A stretch of DNA of 63,030 bases, the filler included, from Reclinomonas americana ATCC 50394 (lineage: Eukaryota): the NCBI GenBank assembly GCA_048213135.1. It is 7 parts of 3 records of this genome, joined end to end, with 100 filler letters (N's around TTAATTAATTAA, not from the genome) between each part and the next. Parts side by side here need not be neighbours in the genome. Positions count along the whole stretch, not along the records: positions 59,518 to 63,030 come from PS015209.1; 6 more parts are not named here. One strand, given 5' to 3'. Every line of letters begins with the position of its first letter. Positions within the stretch are counted from its first letter, which is position 1. The notes beneath the pieces are model-generated. The model had not been told where the DNA came from. It was given only the letters and a program-made list of their open reading frames with translations, and searched no databases. Position numbers and translations under genes: made by a program. Of the stretch, positions 61,623 to 63,030 are shown in pieces.

Positions 61623-62766
61623 TCACGAAACCTTGCCGCCCTTCTTGCCGCCGCGGAGGGAGACGCCGAGGGCGCGCTCCATCTTGGCGATCAGGCCGTT
61701 GTTTGGTATGGCTGCAAAAAGGGGAAGCGATTGAGGAAAAGGGGGAAAGGGGAAAGGGGAAGGGGGAATTAGGGAAAGGGGAAAGGGGGAAGGGGAAGAG
61801 AGGACGACAAGAGAAGAAGAGAAATGAGGAGGGGAGGACATGAAGAGGGAGGGGGAACAGAGGAGAGGAGAAAATATGATGCAGCGAGCCCCATCAGGAG
61901 GAGATAACAGGGTGAGAAATTCTGCGCCCTCCTCGATGACATGAGGAAGACGAGAGATAAAGATGGACGAGAATGCGCTGTCCCTCTCGACAAGCGAAAG
62001 GCGAACGGCGAAGCCCCTTAGGGAGGAGGAGAGGGAGTGAGAATGCAGCTCTCTTCTGAACGACGAGGAAAAGAGAAGACAGAGATGAGAATGCCCTGTC
62101 CTTCTCGACAAAAAAGCAGAAGACGAAGCCCTTGGGGGTAAGATGCAGCGCCATTCTTGACGAAGGGGGAGAGAGAAGGGAGACAGAGAGAGAGAGAGAG
62201 AGACGAGTGTGCACCGCTCATCTCGAAAAAAAGAAGGGAGAAGGCGAGCCCTACCGAAGGAGTGGAGAGAGAGTACGAATTCAGGGCAGAGAAAGACAGA
62301 GAGACGAGAGTGTGCCGCCCTCGACGAGTGAAGGGAAAGACGAAGCCCTTCGGAAGGAGTGGAGACAGAAGTGTGATTCTCGAAATTCGCAGCCGCCACA
62401 TCGTGTTGGAATCCATCGACTCACCCCTGCCACTCTCGTACTCGGACACTGCGCATCGACAATCAGCACGCAAGCACAGCCAGAAGAAAGAGCACCGCGC
62501 GCAACGCACCCGTCTGCGGCTTCTCATTGATCGCCGTGGCCAGCTCCTTTTGCGTCCTGCAAGCAGAGAGAGAGAGAGAATAAGACACCCGTTCTCTCCC
62601 CCACTCTCGCATGAGTTCGCGCGCGACGCGTACCAGCCCTTGGCCTGGCGCGCCTGCTGCAGACGACGGCGCAGGTCCACCGACACGTGCTCCACGTGCA
62701 AGTCGTCCTCCGGCTGCTCGAGCTTGCGCGCGTTGGCCGAGGGGGCGTGCTTGTTGCCGGTGGTGA
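61623..62766 (-). CDS. MBF1: Multiprotein bridging factor 1 (MBF1/EDF1); 5' exon(s) beyond window
   Basis: [54 protein letters not shown] after splicing. Confidence 0.95.
61885..62390. repeat. Intronic degenerate ~110-125 bp tandem repeat x4
   Basis: Recurring GAGAATGC..CTCGAC..CGAAGCCCT blocks within the last MBF1 intron. Confidence 0.65.
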
Positions 62767-62883
62767 CTGCGCAAAAGAAAGAGTAGGGGAGGAAAGGGGA
62801 AGGGGATGAGTGAGGGAGAAGGGAGAGGGGGAGAGGGAGAGAGAGAGGGAGAGGGAGAGGGGAGGGAAAGAACAAGAGAAGAT

Positions 62884-62928
<45 letters not shown>

Positions 62929-63030
62929 CGAGCGTAGAAACAGTAGAAGTCGAGAGAGGTGGGTAGAACGTGAAGAAGACGAGAGAGCGCGACGGTGGCG
63001 GGGAGAGTACGGGAGACGGAAGGGAGAGAA

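Overview
GC-rich, intron-dense eukaryotic (protist-like) genomic DNA. It is not one continuous locus: six artificial N-TTAATTAATTAA-N linkers (6840, 16292, 19713, 35080, 52831, 59462) join seven unrelated scaffolds, which also have internal N gaps. Manual splicing gives about 30 tightly packed genes or gene fragments. Recognisable ones are eIF1A, an FHA/coiled-coil protein, CIAO2/MIP18, a kinesin N-terminus, a PPP phosphatase with EF-hands, a RhoGAP-like domain, mitochondrial uS5, NAPE-PLD, a CENP-Q-like protein, an ankyrin protein, two tandem DHHC palmitoyltransferases, Spt6, a GT-A glycosyltransferase, FAM210/DUF1279, an ML-domain protein, a secreted Cys-rich repeat protein, an aldehyde dehydrogenase and MBF1. 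The most striking signal is in splicing. About 40 introns (hand count) start with a +1-shifted donor, GT-T-GCGY (also GTTACGT, GTTTCG, GTTGAG), almost only when the last exon base is not G. Exons ending in G use ordinary GTGCGT/GTGAGT/GTACGT. Conserved protein motifs across the junctions fix the cut site. Micro-exons (5, 8, 13, 14 nt), two GC-AG introns and ~150-bp hairpin-bearing tandem arrays are also present. All gene models are manual, with no transcript data, and family assignments are from motif recognition, not database searches.
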